Source of the DNA: an uncultured Candidatus Saccharibacteria bacterium
GTDB lineage: Bacteria > Patescibacteriota > Minisyncoccia > UBA6257 > UBA9933
Reading direction: 5' to 3'
DNA: 64,000 bases
Assembly: GCA_964642155.1 (NCBI GenBank)
Contig: CAZXNT010000002.1
Span: 1,801 to 65,800, forward strand
Of this stretch, positions 48,468-58,290 are shown one piece after another. Position 1 is the first letter of the stretch, and every line of letters starts with the position of its first letter. Under the pieces are notes generated by a model, which was not told the DNA's origin, did no database searches, and was given only the letters and a program-made list of their open reading frames with translations. Both the position numbers and the translations under genes were made by a program.

Positions 48468-51311
48468 ATGACCAAACAAGAAGGACAGCAGCAAATAACG
48501 AGGTTAATTGAGAAATACGAAAAAGCCAGCCAGGCTGGTAAAATAAAAAATTATACAGAAGAAGACACTAAAAAAGATTTTATTCTACCGCTTTTTCATT
48601 TATTGGGTTGGGATGTTCATAATAGAAATGAAGTTACTTCTGAAGAAAATATTTCCGGTAAACGGGTTGATTATGGTTTTTATTTGAATGGTCGGCCGAG
48701 ATTTTATCTTGAGGCGAAAAAATTCTCTGTCGATATAAATAATCCTGATTCCGCCAATCAAGCGGTAAGTTATTCGTGGAATAAGGGTATTACCTGGGCG
48801 GTATTAACTAATTTTGAGGATTTAAAAATTTTTAATGCGGAAAATATTAAAAGTTCTCTTGCGGATAAGCGGTTTAAAACATTCCATTATACCGAATATA
48901 TCGCACGCTTTGACGAGCTTATCTTACTTTCTAAATCCGCTTTCGAAGGGGATTTATTGAATAAAGAGGCCGCGAAATCAGGCAAAATTTTTGAGCGCAT
49001 TCCGGTAAGCGACACACTTTATAAAGATTTGGATGAATGCCGTGATATACTTACAAAATCTTTAATCCAGTGTAATCCGCAACTTAAAAAAGACCCCGAT
49101 CTTTTAGATGAAGGCGTGCAAAAACTTCTTGATAGGTTAATTTTTATGAGGGTTGCGGAAGATAGGGGTGTGGAGCCGAATATTTTAAAAGTCATTGTAC
49201 GGGAGGCAAGCGTAAATCGTAAAGGCCATATGTCGCTTTATCAAGCGATGGCACAAAAATTTCGAGAGCTTGATAATATCTATAATTCAAATTTATTTTC
49301 CAAACATCCATTTGAAGAATGGGATGAATATGGCGGAGCTACAGAAAAAATTATTGAAAAACTTTACGGCAAGAAGGGATATTATGAATATGATTTTAAA
49401 ATAATGCCTGCGGATGTTTTGGGTACGGTATATGAACATTATCTCGCTCATCGGCTTTCAAAATCTAGAAAGGGAATAACAATTGATAAAGATGCCGGCA
49501 AAAGAAAAGAACAGGGAATTTATTATACTCCTTCATTTATAGTTGATTATATTGTTCGCCACGCGCTCCAACCAGTTTTAGATAAATGTAAGACAATTGA
49601 TCAATTATTAAAAATAAAAGTTTTAGATCCTGCTTGTGGCTCAGGGTCATTTCTTATCAAAGCGCTTGATGTATTTACGGAAAAATACAAAGAACTTGGC
49701 TATAAAGGCGATGAAATCACTAAATTTATAATTCTCGCCCAAAATCTTTATGGCGTTGATTTTGACAAAAAAGCCGTTGAGATTGCGCGTCTTAATCTTT
49801 GTATTAATTCTCTTGATCGTAAAACAAAACTGCCATATCTTACGGATCATATCAAATGTGGCAATTCTTTAATTTCAGGAACCGACGAAGAACTTAAAAA
49901 AGCATTTGGAAAAGATTATCGCGATAAAAAGCCGTTTAATTGGCAAGAAGAATTTTCAGATGTTTTCAAACAGGGCGGTTTTGATGTGATTATCGGCAAT
50001 CCGCCATATCTTAAAGAGCTTGATAATAAAGAATTGTTTCAAGAAATTAGGAAAAGTGATTTCGGTAAATATTATCAAGGGAAAATGGATTTTTGGTATT
50101 TTTTTCTACACAGATCAATCGAAATTTTAAAAGACGGCGGAATAATGGCTTTTATTACAAACAGTTATTTTTTGAAAAGCGCCGGCGCGACAAAATTAAT
50201 AGATCGCCTACAAAATGAAATGGTTTTATTAAGAGCCGTTGATTTTCAAGATATTAGTGTTTTTGAAGATGTTAGCGGAAGACATCTGATACATATTTGG
50301 GAAAAAATAAAAGATAAAAATAACACGATTACAACATATATTAAGATAGATAAGAATTCGTTCAATGGGACTATTGATGACACCAAATACATAGAATTGC
50401 CATATTCGGAAGTTATAAAAAATTCGTCAATTAATTTTGAAACAAATATTCAGACAAGCAATGAAAATAGTTTATTATTAGGGAATTTATATGATGTTTC
50501 GCAGGGTGTAGTTGAGGCAACAGATAAAATAAGTAAAAAAATGTCGTTGAACATAAAGGATAAAGAACTAAAATCTGGCGATGGTGTTTTTGTATTATCA
50601 GGGGCAGAATTAAAAGAATTAAATTTAAATGAAAAAGAAAAATCAGTGATCAAAAAATATCTCAATACAAATGATATTAAAAAATATCGTATTAATTTTA
50701 ATAATGAATATCTTATTTATTCTGATAAAGAAACAAAAAGCAAAATTGCTGATGAGGGATACCCACACATTAAATCCCATTTGGATAAAATGGGGCAGTT
50801 TATAACGTCGTCAAATGCGCCATATGGTTTGCATCGTCCACGAGATAATAAATATTTTAAAGAACCAAAACTTATTTGTAAGGGTATGTTTTTATCTCCG
50901 GAATTCTGTTTTGACGATGAAAAATATTATGTTGGGTTTTCATTTTCAGTGATTATTCAAAAAAATAAAGATTATGATTTGAAATATTTATTGGGATTAC
51001 TTAATTCCAGTTTTGGGAGAAATTGGTTTAATATTAATGGCAAAAAAAGAGGTGTTGGTGTAGATATTGGGGTTGCAGTGTTTAGAAATTTTCCGGTGTA
51101 TAAAGCGAACAAAGAGCAACAAAATCAGTTAATTAATTTGGTAAATAATATACTTTCTCTTAATAAAGAAATTCATAAATTAGCTGAAAATTCTAACAAA
51201 TATAATTCTATAAAATCCGAAATAGATAAAACCGACAAAGAAATAGACGAAAAAGTTTATAAATTATACGGTTTGACGGGGGAGGAGATTAAAATTGTTG
51301 AAAGTTTATGA
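48468..51311 (+). CDS. Type IIG restriction-modification enzyme (N-terminal PD-(D/E)xK nuclease plus gamma-class N6-adenine methyltransferase plus a target-recognition region; Eco57I/MmeI-like)
   Basis: N-terminal ..EEDTKKDFILPLFHLLGW..GKRVDY..YLEAKK (D...EAK nuclease). Methyltransferase motif X TPSFIVDYIV, motif I LDPACGSGSFL, motif IV GNPPY. About 350 aa of C-terminal recognition region. Confidence 0.8.
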   Translation: MTKQEGQQQITRLIEKYEKASQAGKIKNYTEEDTKKDFILPLFHLLGWDVHNRNEVTSEENISGKRVDYGFYLNGRPRFYLEAKKFSVDINNPDSANQAVSYSWNKGITWAVLTNFEDLKIFNAENIKSSLADKRFKTFHYTEYIARFDELILLSKSAFEGDLLNKEAAKSGKIFERIPVSDTLYKDLDECRDILTKSLIQCNPQLKKDPDLLDEGVQKLLDRLIFMRVAEDRGVEPNILKVIVREASVNRKGHMSLYQAMAQKFRELDNIYNSNLFSKHPFEEWDEYGGATEKIIEKLYGKKGYYEYDFKIMPADVLGTVYEHYLAHRLSKSRKGITIDKDAGKRKEQGIYYTPSFIVDYIVRHALQPVLDKCKTIDQLLKIKVLDPACGSGSFLIKALDVFTEKYKELGYKGDEITKFIILAQNLYGVDFDKKAVEIARLNLCINSLDRKTKLPYLTDHIKCGNSLISGTDEELKKAFGKDYRDKKPFNWQEEFSDVFKQGGFDVIIGNPPYLKELDNKELFQEIRKSDFGKYYQGKMDFWYFFLHRSIEILKDGGIMAFITNSYFLKSAGATKLIDRLQNEMVLLRAVDFQDISVFEDVSGRHLIHIWEKIKDKNNTITTYIKIDKNSFNGTIDDTKYIELPYSEVIKNSSINFETNIQTSNENSLLLGNLYDVSQGVVEATDKISKKMSLNIKDKELKSGDGVFVLSGAELKELNLNEKEKSVIKKYLNTNDIKKYRINFNNEYLIYSDKETKSKIADEGYPHIKSHLDKMGQFITSSNAPYGLHRPRDNKYFKEPKLICKGMFLSPEFCFDDEKYYVGFSFSVIIQKNKDYDLKYLLGLLNSSFGRNWFNINGKKRGVGVDIGVAVFRNFPVYKANKEQQNQLINLVNNILSLNKEIHKLAENSNKYNSIKSEIDKTDKEIDEKVYKLYGLTGEEIKIVESL

Positions 51312-52294
51312 AATTAAATAAAATTATCAATCTCAAAAATTGGCATCAGCGGAATATAGATAATGTTGGTTTTGGTACTCGCGATAAAATTGTTCTCAAA
51401 CAAAGCAAAAAAGGGAGGGTTTATTTTCTTGCCAAGACATATGACAAAGATATCGGAGAGTTGAGGTCAGAAGTTTGTGCGTCAAATATAGGCAGACTTT
51501 TTGGTTTTCCCGTGCAAAAGACATGGCTTTGTAATATTCCACAATACAAATCATTGGAATTTAAACATTCAGTCGGTGTTCTTATCCAATTAGATGTTCG
51601 GAGACAGAGAGAAACACGCCGAGGTCGATTTAGCGAGGACTTATTACACGGCGCAGACATTATATCTATAATTGATAAGAAGTTTGCCAGTTTAAAGAAT
51701 TTAAAAGAAAAGAGAAGAGTATATACTCTTAAAGTAGTTGTAGATAGTATTAGAAATTATGTTAATAATCATCAAAATTCCAATAAATTTTGGGATCAAT
51801 TTTTTGAATTACTGGTTTTCGATGCTTTGATTGGTGGCACTGATAGACATTATTATAATTGGGGCGTGCTTGAAAAAGCAGATACGGGCGAATTTATTCG
51901 TCTTGCGCCGGCATTTGATAACGGAATCAGTTTAATGTGGAAAATGGAAGAATATAGACCGCAGTTTATGAGAGATTTATTCACAAGAGATTTTCCACGA
52001 AAAGCAGAGTCAATGTTTAAAAAAGTCGGTGGAGGTAAATATTCTTTATTTGAGGTATTAAATGAACTATATAAAATTGGTGATTATAAAAAATCAAATA
52101 TAGTTCAAAAAGTTTTAGATCAAATTGGGAAAATAAAAGAATCAAGAATTAGATCGGTTATTTTAAATAATGTGCCAAAAAGAGCTCAGTTTAAAACAAA
52201 AAATGATGAGTTGGATTTAATTTGTGAGTATGTTAAAATAAGATTAAATTTATTAAAGCAAACTTTGAATGAATTAAATAGGGTAAATATATGA
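51308..52294 (+). CDS. HipA-family Ser/Thr kinase core (HipT-like; lacks the HipA N-subdomain)
   Basis: LVFDALIGGTDRHYYNWGVL (catalytic GTD.H..N) and LAPAFDNGISL (Mg-binding D) match HipA_C. ATGA overlap with the restriction-modification gene. Confidence 0.7.
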   Translation: MKLNKIINLKNWHQRNIDNVGFGTRDKIVLKQSKKGRVYFLAKTYDKDIGELRSEVCASNIGRLFGFPVQKTWLCNIPQYKSLEFKHSVGVLIQLDVRRQRETRRGRFSEDLLHGADIISIIDKKFASLKNLKEKRRVYTLKVVVDSIRNYVNNHQNSNKFWDQFFELLVFDALIGGTDRHYYNWGVLEKADTGEFIRLAPAFDNGISLMWKMEEYRPQFMRDLFTRDFPRKAESMFKKVGGGKYSLFEVLNELYKIGDYKKSNIVQKVLDQIGKIKESRIRSVILNNVPKRAQFKTKNDELDLICEYVKIRLNLLKQTLNELNRVNI

Positions 52295-52602
52295 ACATAC
52301 TACATTACAAGGTTATTTATAGGAACGGAAATAAAATCCCCGTGGAAATTGCAGACTTCTATCGTAAAAACGATGGTAATTTTTTGTTTCAATATAAAGA
52401 TCAACCAGATTATGAATTCCCAGGATTTGATAAATTAGAAAAAAAGTATGAAAGTGATCATTTATGGGAACAGATTTCTTTTCGAGTATCAAATAATATA
52501 CGGAATCAGTTTCCAAATATTCCGCCGGAAGAGTTATTAAAAGAAACGGGGGGGAAATTAGTAACTGATCATTTTGAATTTCAGTTTATAGAGAACATTT
52601 AG
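52291..52602 (+). CDS. Small protein resembling the HipA N-terminal subdomain (HipS-like)
   Basis: 103 aa; an L.V..NG..V.E......F.Y pattern like the HipA N-subdomain. ATGA overlap with the kinase gene. Confidence 0.45.
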   Translation: MNILHYKVIYRNGNKIPVEIADFYRKNDGNFLFQYKDQPDYEFPGFDKLEKKYESDHLWEQISFRVSNNIRNQFPNIPPEELLKETGGKLVTDHFEFQFIENI

Positions 52603-52898
52603 AGCGTTTTAAGAATTTTTATAAAATAAAAATAATTAAACTATTGATTTTTACATTTTTATTTGTTATAATTATTAAAAATAAAATAGGTTTATTATCG
52701 GGGATTACATCAAACGTAATTTTTTACACGATTTAATCTCATTATCTCCGATTACATTATTGATAAAATTCAATAGATAGAATCAATAAAAAAGGTCGGA
52801 AGAGGCCTTTTTTATTTTTTTTATAGTCGCGTATCGCGCCAACGGCAATTCGAAAATATTAATAAAACGGTTGGTAAATATAATAAAAAATTATTAAT

Positions 52899-53249
52899 AT
52901 GAACTTAAATTGGATAAAATGTGAAAATGATCAATGGTGTAATTTTCTTTTCCTTGATTTAGACCATTTTCATTTTGATGATTTGGAGGGTGTATATATG
53001 ATTTGGCATGCCGGAGTTAATCCATGGGTTGTACGAGTTGGACAAGGGAACATCCGTGATCGTTTAAAAGCTCACAGGCAAGATGCAAAAATTCTTAAAT
53101 ACAAAGATTTAGAATTATATGCAATTTGGGCAGAAGTCAATAATATATATCGAGATGGGGTTGAAGTATATCTTGGAGAAAAATGGACACCAAAAGTTGG
53201 TGAAAAATTTCCAGATACTACTCCAATTATGGTAAATTCACCATGGTAA
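52899..53249 (+). CDS. Small GIY-YIG-like protein
   Basis: GVYMIWH...VVRVGQGNIRDRLKAHRQ resembles GIY...YIG...R...H. Confidence 0.45.
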   Translation: MNLNWIKCENDQWCNFLFLDLDHFHFDDLEGVYMIWHAGVNPWVVRVGQGNIRDRLKAHRQDAKILKYKDLELYAIWAEVNNIYRDGVEVYLGEKWTPKVGEKFPDTTPIMVNSPW

Positions 53250-53364
53250 TAAGCTTAAAAATCCTAAAAACCACTTGAGCCTTAGTTATTTAGCATATGA
53301 TCGTTATGAATGAAATTTCAGTTTGATAATAACAAAAGAGCGGCGCTAATTTGGGGGCTTATGC

Positions 53365-53393
53365 AAAAATCCGCTTTTGGCGGATTTTTGTTT
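53365..53393 (+). terminator. Rho-independent terminator closing the inserted island
   Basis: aaaaatccgc tttt ggcggattttt gtttg. Confidence 0.75.
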
Positions 53394-53555
53394 GTATATT
53401 TTATCGTGTTGACATTTATTTTCCTATTTGCTATCTTTATTACAATGTTAAATTTTTATTTAACATAAAATAATACTTACAGATTTAGCCACCTTGCGTT
53501 TATTTCGCGGGGAATTGCGAAAAAGCAGCCGGCTAATCTGGCTGTTTTTATTGTT

Positions 53556-54161
53556 ATGGCATTTATATTGGGTAAAAAATTAAAAATGTCCCAGATTTGG
53601 AAAGATGATAAAATTGTTCCGGTAACGCTTATTCAAGCGGGTCCGATAACGATAACGCAAATAAAGACAAAAGAAAAAGACGGCTATGAAGCGATTCAGG
53701 CCGGATTTGACGCGACAAAGAAAAAAATAAACAAACCGGAAAAGGGCCACTTAAAAGATTTGGGTAATTTTAGGCATCTCAAAGAGTTTAAAGTTTTAGA
53801 ACTGGAAAGCTTAAAAGTTGGAGATGTTTTGACAGTTGAACAATTCAGCGAGGGCGATAAAGTGAAGGTGAGCGGCTTAAACAAGGGCCGCGGATTTCAG
53901 GGAGGGGTAAAGCGGCATGGATTTGCCGGTGGTCCGAAAACTCACGGCCAAAAGAATCGTCATAGGGCTCCGGGTTCAATCGGCGCCACGGCCCCGCAAA
54001 GAGTTGTGCCGGGATTGAGAATGGCCGGCCATATGGGAACCGAAAGAGTGACAGTCAAAAATTTAAAGGTTGTTTTAATTGATAAGGAAAATAATATTTT
54101 AGCGCTAAAAGGCGCGGTCCCGGGAATGAAAGGAATATTGTTGGAAGTTGTAAAGTTATAA
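53556..54161 (+). CDS. rplC: 50S ribosomal protein L3
   Basis: ILGKKLKMSQIW...KGRGFQGGVKRHGF. Confidence 0.92.
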   Translation: MAFILGKKLKMSQIWKDDKIVPVTLIQAGPITITQIKTKEKDGYEAIQAGFDATKKKINKPEKGHLKDLGNFRHLKEFKVLELESLKVGDVLTVEQFSEGDKVKVSGLNKGRGFQGGVKRHGFAGGPKTHGQKNRHRAPGSIGATAPQRVVPGLRMAGHMGTERVTVKNLKVVLIDKENNILALKGAVPGMKGILLEVVKL

Positions 54162-54173
54162 AGTTTATAAAGT

Positions 54174-54803
54174 ATGAAAGTTGATATTTATAATCAAAAA
54201 AATGAAAAAAGTGGAACGATAGATTTGGCGGAAAGGATTTTTAAGGTTAAATTCAATCCTACTTTGATACATCAGGCGCTTTTGGCGCAGATTGCTAATC
54301 AGCGTTCGCCATTGGCGCACACCAAGGGGAGAGGAGAAGTTTCCGGCGGCGGCAAGAAACCGTGGAAACAAAAAGGAACCGGCCGGGCAAGGCACGGGTC
54401 AAGCCGTTCACCTATCTGGAAAGGCGGCGGCGTTACTTTTGGTCCGTCAAAAGAAAGGGTGTTTGCGAAAAAAATAAACAAGAAAATGAACCGATCGGCC
54501 ATTTTCAGCGTTTTATCAAAGAAAACGGAAGACGGCGATTTGAAAATTTTTGAAAAATTTGAATTTGACGTTAAAAAATCCAAGACAGCCACGATGGCGA
54601 AGTTTTTAAATAATTTGTTCGGCAATAAAAAAAGCGTTCTTTTGGTTTCGTCTTTAAAAAACAATATAAATAAAGCCGTTTCCAATATAAAAAATATTGA
54701 TGCCATTAGCTCGCAATCACTAAATGTTCATGATTTACTTAAATATAAAAATATTATTTTTGAAAAAGAGGCGATAAGTGAAATAGAAAAACACTATAAA
54801 TAA
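54174..54803 (+). CDS. rplD: 50S ribosomal protein L4
   Basis: Position in the operon and a conserved GGGKKPWKQKGTGRAR block. Confidence 0.9.
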   Translation: MKVDIYNQKNEKSGTIDLAERIFKVKFNPTLIHQALLAQIANQRSPLAHTKGRGEVSGGGKKPWKQKGTGRARHGSSRSPIWKGGGVTFGPSKERVFAKKINKKMNRSAIFSVLSKKTEDGDLKIFEKFEFDVKKSKTATMAKFLNNLFGNKKSVLLVSSLKNNINKAVSNIKNIDAISSQSLNVHDLLKYKNIIFEKEAISEIEKHYK

Positions 54804-55202
54804 ATGGGTATTTTAAAAAAAACACAATCAAAAAAAGACTTGTCCGTGAATTCGGGAGAAAAAAAATCAGAATCAATAAAAAATCAAATTACGGCGCAAG
54901 TTGAGAAAGTGATTATTAATCCGCAGGAGACGATGAAAATAAAACATCCGTGGATAACCGAAAAAGTCGGCCATTTAATTGATTTAAGAAAATACGCTTT
55001 TTTGGTTGATAAAAAAATCAATAAGCCGCAGGTGGTAAAAGCGATAGAATCAATTTATGGAGTGAAAGTTTTATCGGTGAATATAATTAATAAAAAAGGG
55101 AAAATTAAATCACTGGGGCGCAGTAAAGGGAAAGTTCCGGGACATAAAAAAGCGATAGTGACGTTAAAAGAGGGTCATAAAATTGACGTAATGCCGACAT
55201 AA
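54804..55202 (+). CDS. rplW: 50S ribosomal protein L23
   Basis: KHPWITEK...YAFLVDKKINKPQVVKAIE. Confidence 0.88.
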   Translation: MGILKKTQSKKDLSVNSGEKKSESIKNQITAQVEKVIINPQETMKIKHPWITEKVGHLIDLRKYAFLVDKKINKPQVVKAIESIYGVKVLSVNIINKKGKIKSLGRSKGKVPGHKKAIVTLKEGHKIDVMPT

Positions 55203-55344
55203 TCCCTCACCCTTCAAAGATAATGAAGAGTTTGGGAAATAAAATATTTTTATGTTATATATAAAATAAATTAAAATTTAATCTTCACAAGATTTATCTT
55301 GTAAATTTTTATAAAATTTACAAGCAATCTTTGAAGGGTGAGGG
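55203..55344. repeat. TIR-flanked intergenic element, copy 2 (between rplW and rplB)
   Basis: Same 19/18-nt arms. The interior is about 97% identical to copy 4. Confidence 0.9.
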
Positions 55345-56169
55345 ATGAAGAAATATAAACCAACAACTCCATCAAGGCGAAATATGACAGTTCCGACATA
55401 TCGGGGAGTTTTAAGTATGGTTGAACCGTTTAAGGCGCTTGTAAAAAGATTGCCGAATTGTTCCGGCAGAAACAATCAGGGGAGAATTACGGTTCGCCAC
55501 CAGGGTGGAGGCAATAAAAAACTTTACAGAATGATAGATTTCAAGCAAAATAAACTGAACGTTCCGGCCAAAATTGAAACGATAGAATATGACCCGTACA
55601 GGACGGCTTTTATCGCTTTAATTGTTTATCGCGACGGAGAGCGTTCTTATATTTTAGCTAATAAAAATATGAAAGTCGGAGATGAGATTTTAGTTTCGGA
55701 AGCAGCTGAACTTAAAGATGGAAACCGTTTATTATTAAAAAATATTCCGGTCGGATATTCAGTTTATAACATTGAATTGAATAAAGGCGCGGGCGGAGTG
55801 TTGGCAAGGTCAGCCGGATCTTACGCGCAAGTTTTAGCCCAAGAAAACGGTTGGACGAATTTAAAGCTTTCCTCGGGAGAAGTGAGAAAGATAAAATGGG
55901 ATAATTTTGCTTCTCTGGGACAAGTTTCCAATTCTGAATGGAGTTTAACGAATATCGGTAAAGCCGGTCGTTCACGAGGAATGGGCATTAGGCCGACAGT
56001 CAGAGGAACCGCGATGAATCCTTGTGACCATCCTTACGGCGGAGGCGAAGGCAGACAGCCGCGCGGAACAAGAAAACCGAAAACGGCGTGGGGCAAGATC
56101 ACCGGCGGAAGAAAAACAAGAAATAAAAAGAAGTGGAGCAATAAGCATATTATAAAAAGACGAAAATAA
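55345..56169 (+). CDS. rplB: 50S ribosomal protein L2
   Basis: GGGNKKLYR, GRNNQGRITVRHQGGG, and a C-terminal GGGEG. Confidence 0.95.
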   Translation: MKKYKPTTPSRRNMTVPTYRGVLSMVEPFKALVKRLPNCSGRNNQGRITVRHQGGGNKKLYRMIDFKQNKLNVPAKIETIEYDPYRTAFIALIVYRDGERSYILANKNMKVGDEILVSEAAELKDGNRLLLKNIPVGYSVYNIELNKGAGGVLARSAGSYAQVLAQENGWTNLKLSSGEVRKIKWDNFASLGQVSNSEWSLTNIGKAGRSRGMGIRPTVRGTAMNPCDHPYGGGEGRQPRGTRKPKTAWGKITGGRKTRNKKKWSNKHIIKRRK

Positions 56170-56335
56170 TCCCTCACCCTTCAAAGATATTTTAAAAAAA
56201 TAACCCCTCACCCTTTAAAATTAAAGGGTGAGGGGTTGAAGAGTAAGTGGATAAAAATTCAAATAAAAATAAAAATTCAAAGAATCAATATTTTTCATTT
56301 TTTAAATGAAAATTAAAATCTTTGAAGGGTGAGGG
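56170..56335. repeat. TIR-flanked intergenic element, copy 3 (between rplB and rpsS), with a nested 34-nt solo palindrome at 56203-56236
   Basis: Same arms. The nested acccctcaccctttaa aa ttaaagggtgaggggt is a collapsed arm pair. Confidence 0.9.
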
Positions 56336-56635
56336 ATGAGTAGAAGTTCAAAAAAAGGTCCTTATGTTGACCAAAAATTATTAAAAAAGATGTCAAAATT
56401 GAAATCGGGCGACCCGACGATTATTAAGACTTGGTCGCGCGATTCGGAAATTTCTCCGGAAATGGTTGGTTTTACGTTTGGCGTCCATAACGGCAAGAAT
56501 TTTATCAGCGTAAGGGTGACCGAAGAAATGATTGGCCACCGGTTGGGAGAATTTTCTTTAACGAGAAAATTCATCAGGCATGGAGGAAAAATGCAAAAGG
56601 AATTGGAAAAGAAGACGGAGGAAAAGAAAGTTTAA
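56336..56635 (+). CDS. rpsS: 30S ribosomal protein S19
   Basis: [14 protein letters not shown]... Confidence 0.92.
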   Translation: MSRSSKKGPYVDQKLLKKMSKLKSGDPTIIKTWSRDSEISPEMVGFTFGVHNGKNFISVRVTEEMIGHRLGEFSLTRKFIRHGGKMQKELEKKTEEKKV

Positions 56636-56657
56636 AAGTTTTAAAGTTAAAAAATAT

Positions 56658-57176
56658 ATGAATACAGCAATAGCAAAACTTAATTATTTGAGAATGGCGC
56701 CGCGTAAAACGCGATTGGTTGCCAATATGATTAAGGGATTGTCGGCGAATGAAGCCGAAGCCCAGCTTTTGCTGAATTCCAAAAAAGCGGGCGAACCGAT
56801 TTTGAAACTTTTGCGTTCGGCAATCGCCAATGCCAAGCAAAAAAATATTCAATTGGAAAATTTATTTGTTAAAGAAATAAGAGTTGACCAGGGGCCAATG
56901 CTGAAAAGATTTATGCCCAGAGCGCAGGGAAGAGCCACGCCGATTCAAAAAAAAACAAGCCACATTACTTTAATTTTGGGCGAATCAGAAAAAGCGAAAA
57001 AGCCGAGATTTAAAATAGTTAAACAGGAAAGAATTAAAAAAAGCGTAGCGGAAAAAATCAAAAAAGAAAAATTTGAAGCAAAAGAAAAATCAAAAGAAGA
57101 AGAAATAATAAAGGAAGTGAAACCGGTTGAAAAATTAGGTTTTACAAAAAGGATGTTTAGAAGGAAATCAATATAA
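56658..57176 (+). CDS. rplV: 50S ribosomal protein L22, with a C-terminal KE-rich extension
   Basis: AKLNYLRMAPRKTRLVANMIKGL.. Start at ATG 56658; the ORF track extension from 56580 overlaps rpsS. Confidence 0.88.
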   Translation: MNTAIAKLNYLRMAPRKTRLVANMIKGLSANEAEAQLLLNSKKAGEPILKLLRSAIANAKQKNIQLENLFVKEIRVDQGPMLKRFMPRAQGRATPIQKKTSHITLILGESEKAKKPRFKIVKQERIKKSVAEKIKKEKFEAKEKSKEEEIIKEVKPVEKLGFTKRMFRRKSI

Positions 57177-57178
57177 AT

Positions 57179-57853
57179 ATGGCTCAAAAAATTAACCCAA
57201 TATCATTTAGAATAGGGATAACAAAGGATTGGAAATCTCGATGGTTTCCGAAGAAATTTGATTTCGCAAAATTATTAGAAGAAGACGTTTTAATCAGAAA
57301 AATTATTGATAAAAGAATTAAGAATGCCGGCATTGACAGCGTTGAGATAGAAAGAATGGGGGATAAATGTAAAATTGTGGTTAAAGCGGCAAGACCCGGT
57401 TTAATTATTGGCAGAGGAGGGAAAGGGGTAGAAGAATTGACAAAGGCTCTGGAAGCGTCTTTGAAAAAAATGAGAGAAATAAAAGACGCCAAGAATAAAA
57501 TTTTTTTAAGTTTAAATATTGAAGAATTGAAGAGATCAGATATTTCGGCCAATATTGTCGCTCAAAATATCGCTTGGGATATGGAGAAAAGAATGCCTTT
57601 TAGAAGAACAATCAAAAAATATCTTGAACAGGTAATACAAAACAGGGAAGTTAAGGGAGCGAAAATTAAAGTTTCCGGAAGATTGGACGGAGCGGAAATC
57701 GCCAGAACGGAACAATTGGCAAAAGGCAGATTGCCGCTTCAAACATTGAGAGCTGATATTAATTACGGCGAAGCCACGGCTTTTACCACTTTTGGCACAG
57801 TGGGAGTAAAAGTATGGATTTATAAAGGAGAGATATTTAATAAGAAAGTTTAA
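57179..57853 (+). CDS. rpsC: 30S ribosomal protein S3
   Basis: [22 protein letters not shown] domain. Confidence 0.92.
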   Translation: MAQKINPISFRIGITKDWKSRWFPKKFDFAKLLEEDVLIRKIIDKRIKNAGIDSVEIERMGDKCKIVVKAARPGLIIGRGGKGVEELTKALEASLKKMREIKDAKNKIFLSLNIEELKRSDISANIVAQNIAWDMEKRMPFRRTIKKYLEQVIQNREVKGAKIKVSGRLDGAEIARTEQLAKGRLPLQTLRADINYGEATAFTTFGTVGVKVWIYKGEIFNKKV

Positions 57854-57873
57854 AAGTTTCAAAGTATAAAAGT

Positions 57874-58284
57874 ATGTTAATACCGAAAAAAGTAAAACAT
57901 AGAAAATGGCATAAGGGCAGATCGCGAAAGCGCCAAACGGAAACAAGAGGAACACATTTAAGTTTTGGCAGTTTTGGCATTCAATCCTTGGAAAGCGCAT
58001 GGGTTAATTCAAGGCAGATAGAAGCCGCGAGAAAGGCGATTACTCATTTTACAAAAAGAGGGGGGAATATTTGGATAAGAATTTTTCCCGACAAGCCGGT
58101 TACAAAAAGGCCTCCGGAAGTGACAATGGGAGGCGGCAAAGGGGCGGTTGACCATTATGTTTTTCCGGTAAGGCCCGGCAGGATTTTATTTGAAATGGAC
58201 GGAGTGTCTAGGGAAGTAGCGAGGGAAGCTTTCAGAAGAGCCGGCCATAAATTGCCGGTTAAAACAAAAATAGTGGAAAAATAA
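57874..58284 (+). CDS. rplP: 50S ribosomal protein L16
   Basis: [18 protein letters not shown]... Confidence 0.92.
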   Translation: MLIPKKVKHRKWHKGRSRKRQTETRGTHLSFGSFGIQSLESAWVNSRQIEAARKAITHFTKRGGNIWIRIFPDKPVTKRPPEVTMGGGKGAVDHYVFPVRPGRILFEMDGVSREVAREAFRRAGHKLPVKTKIVEK

Positions 58285-58290
58285 TTTTTT

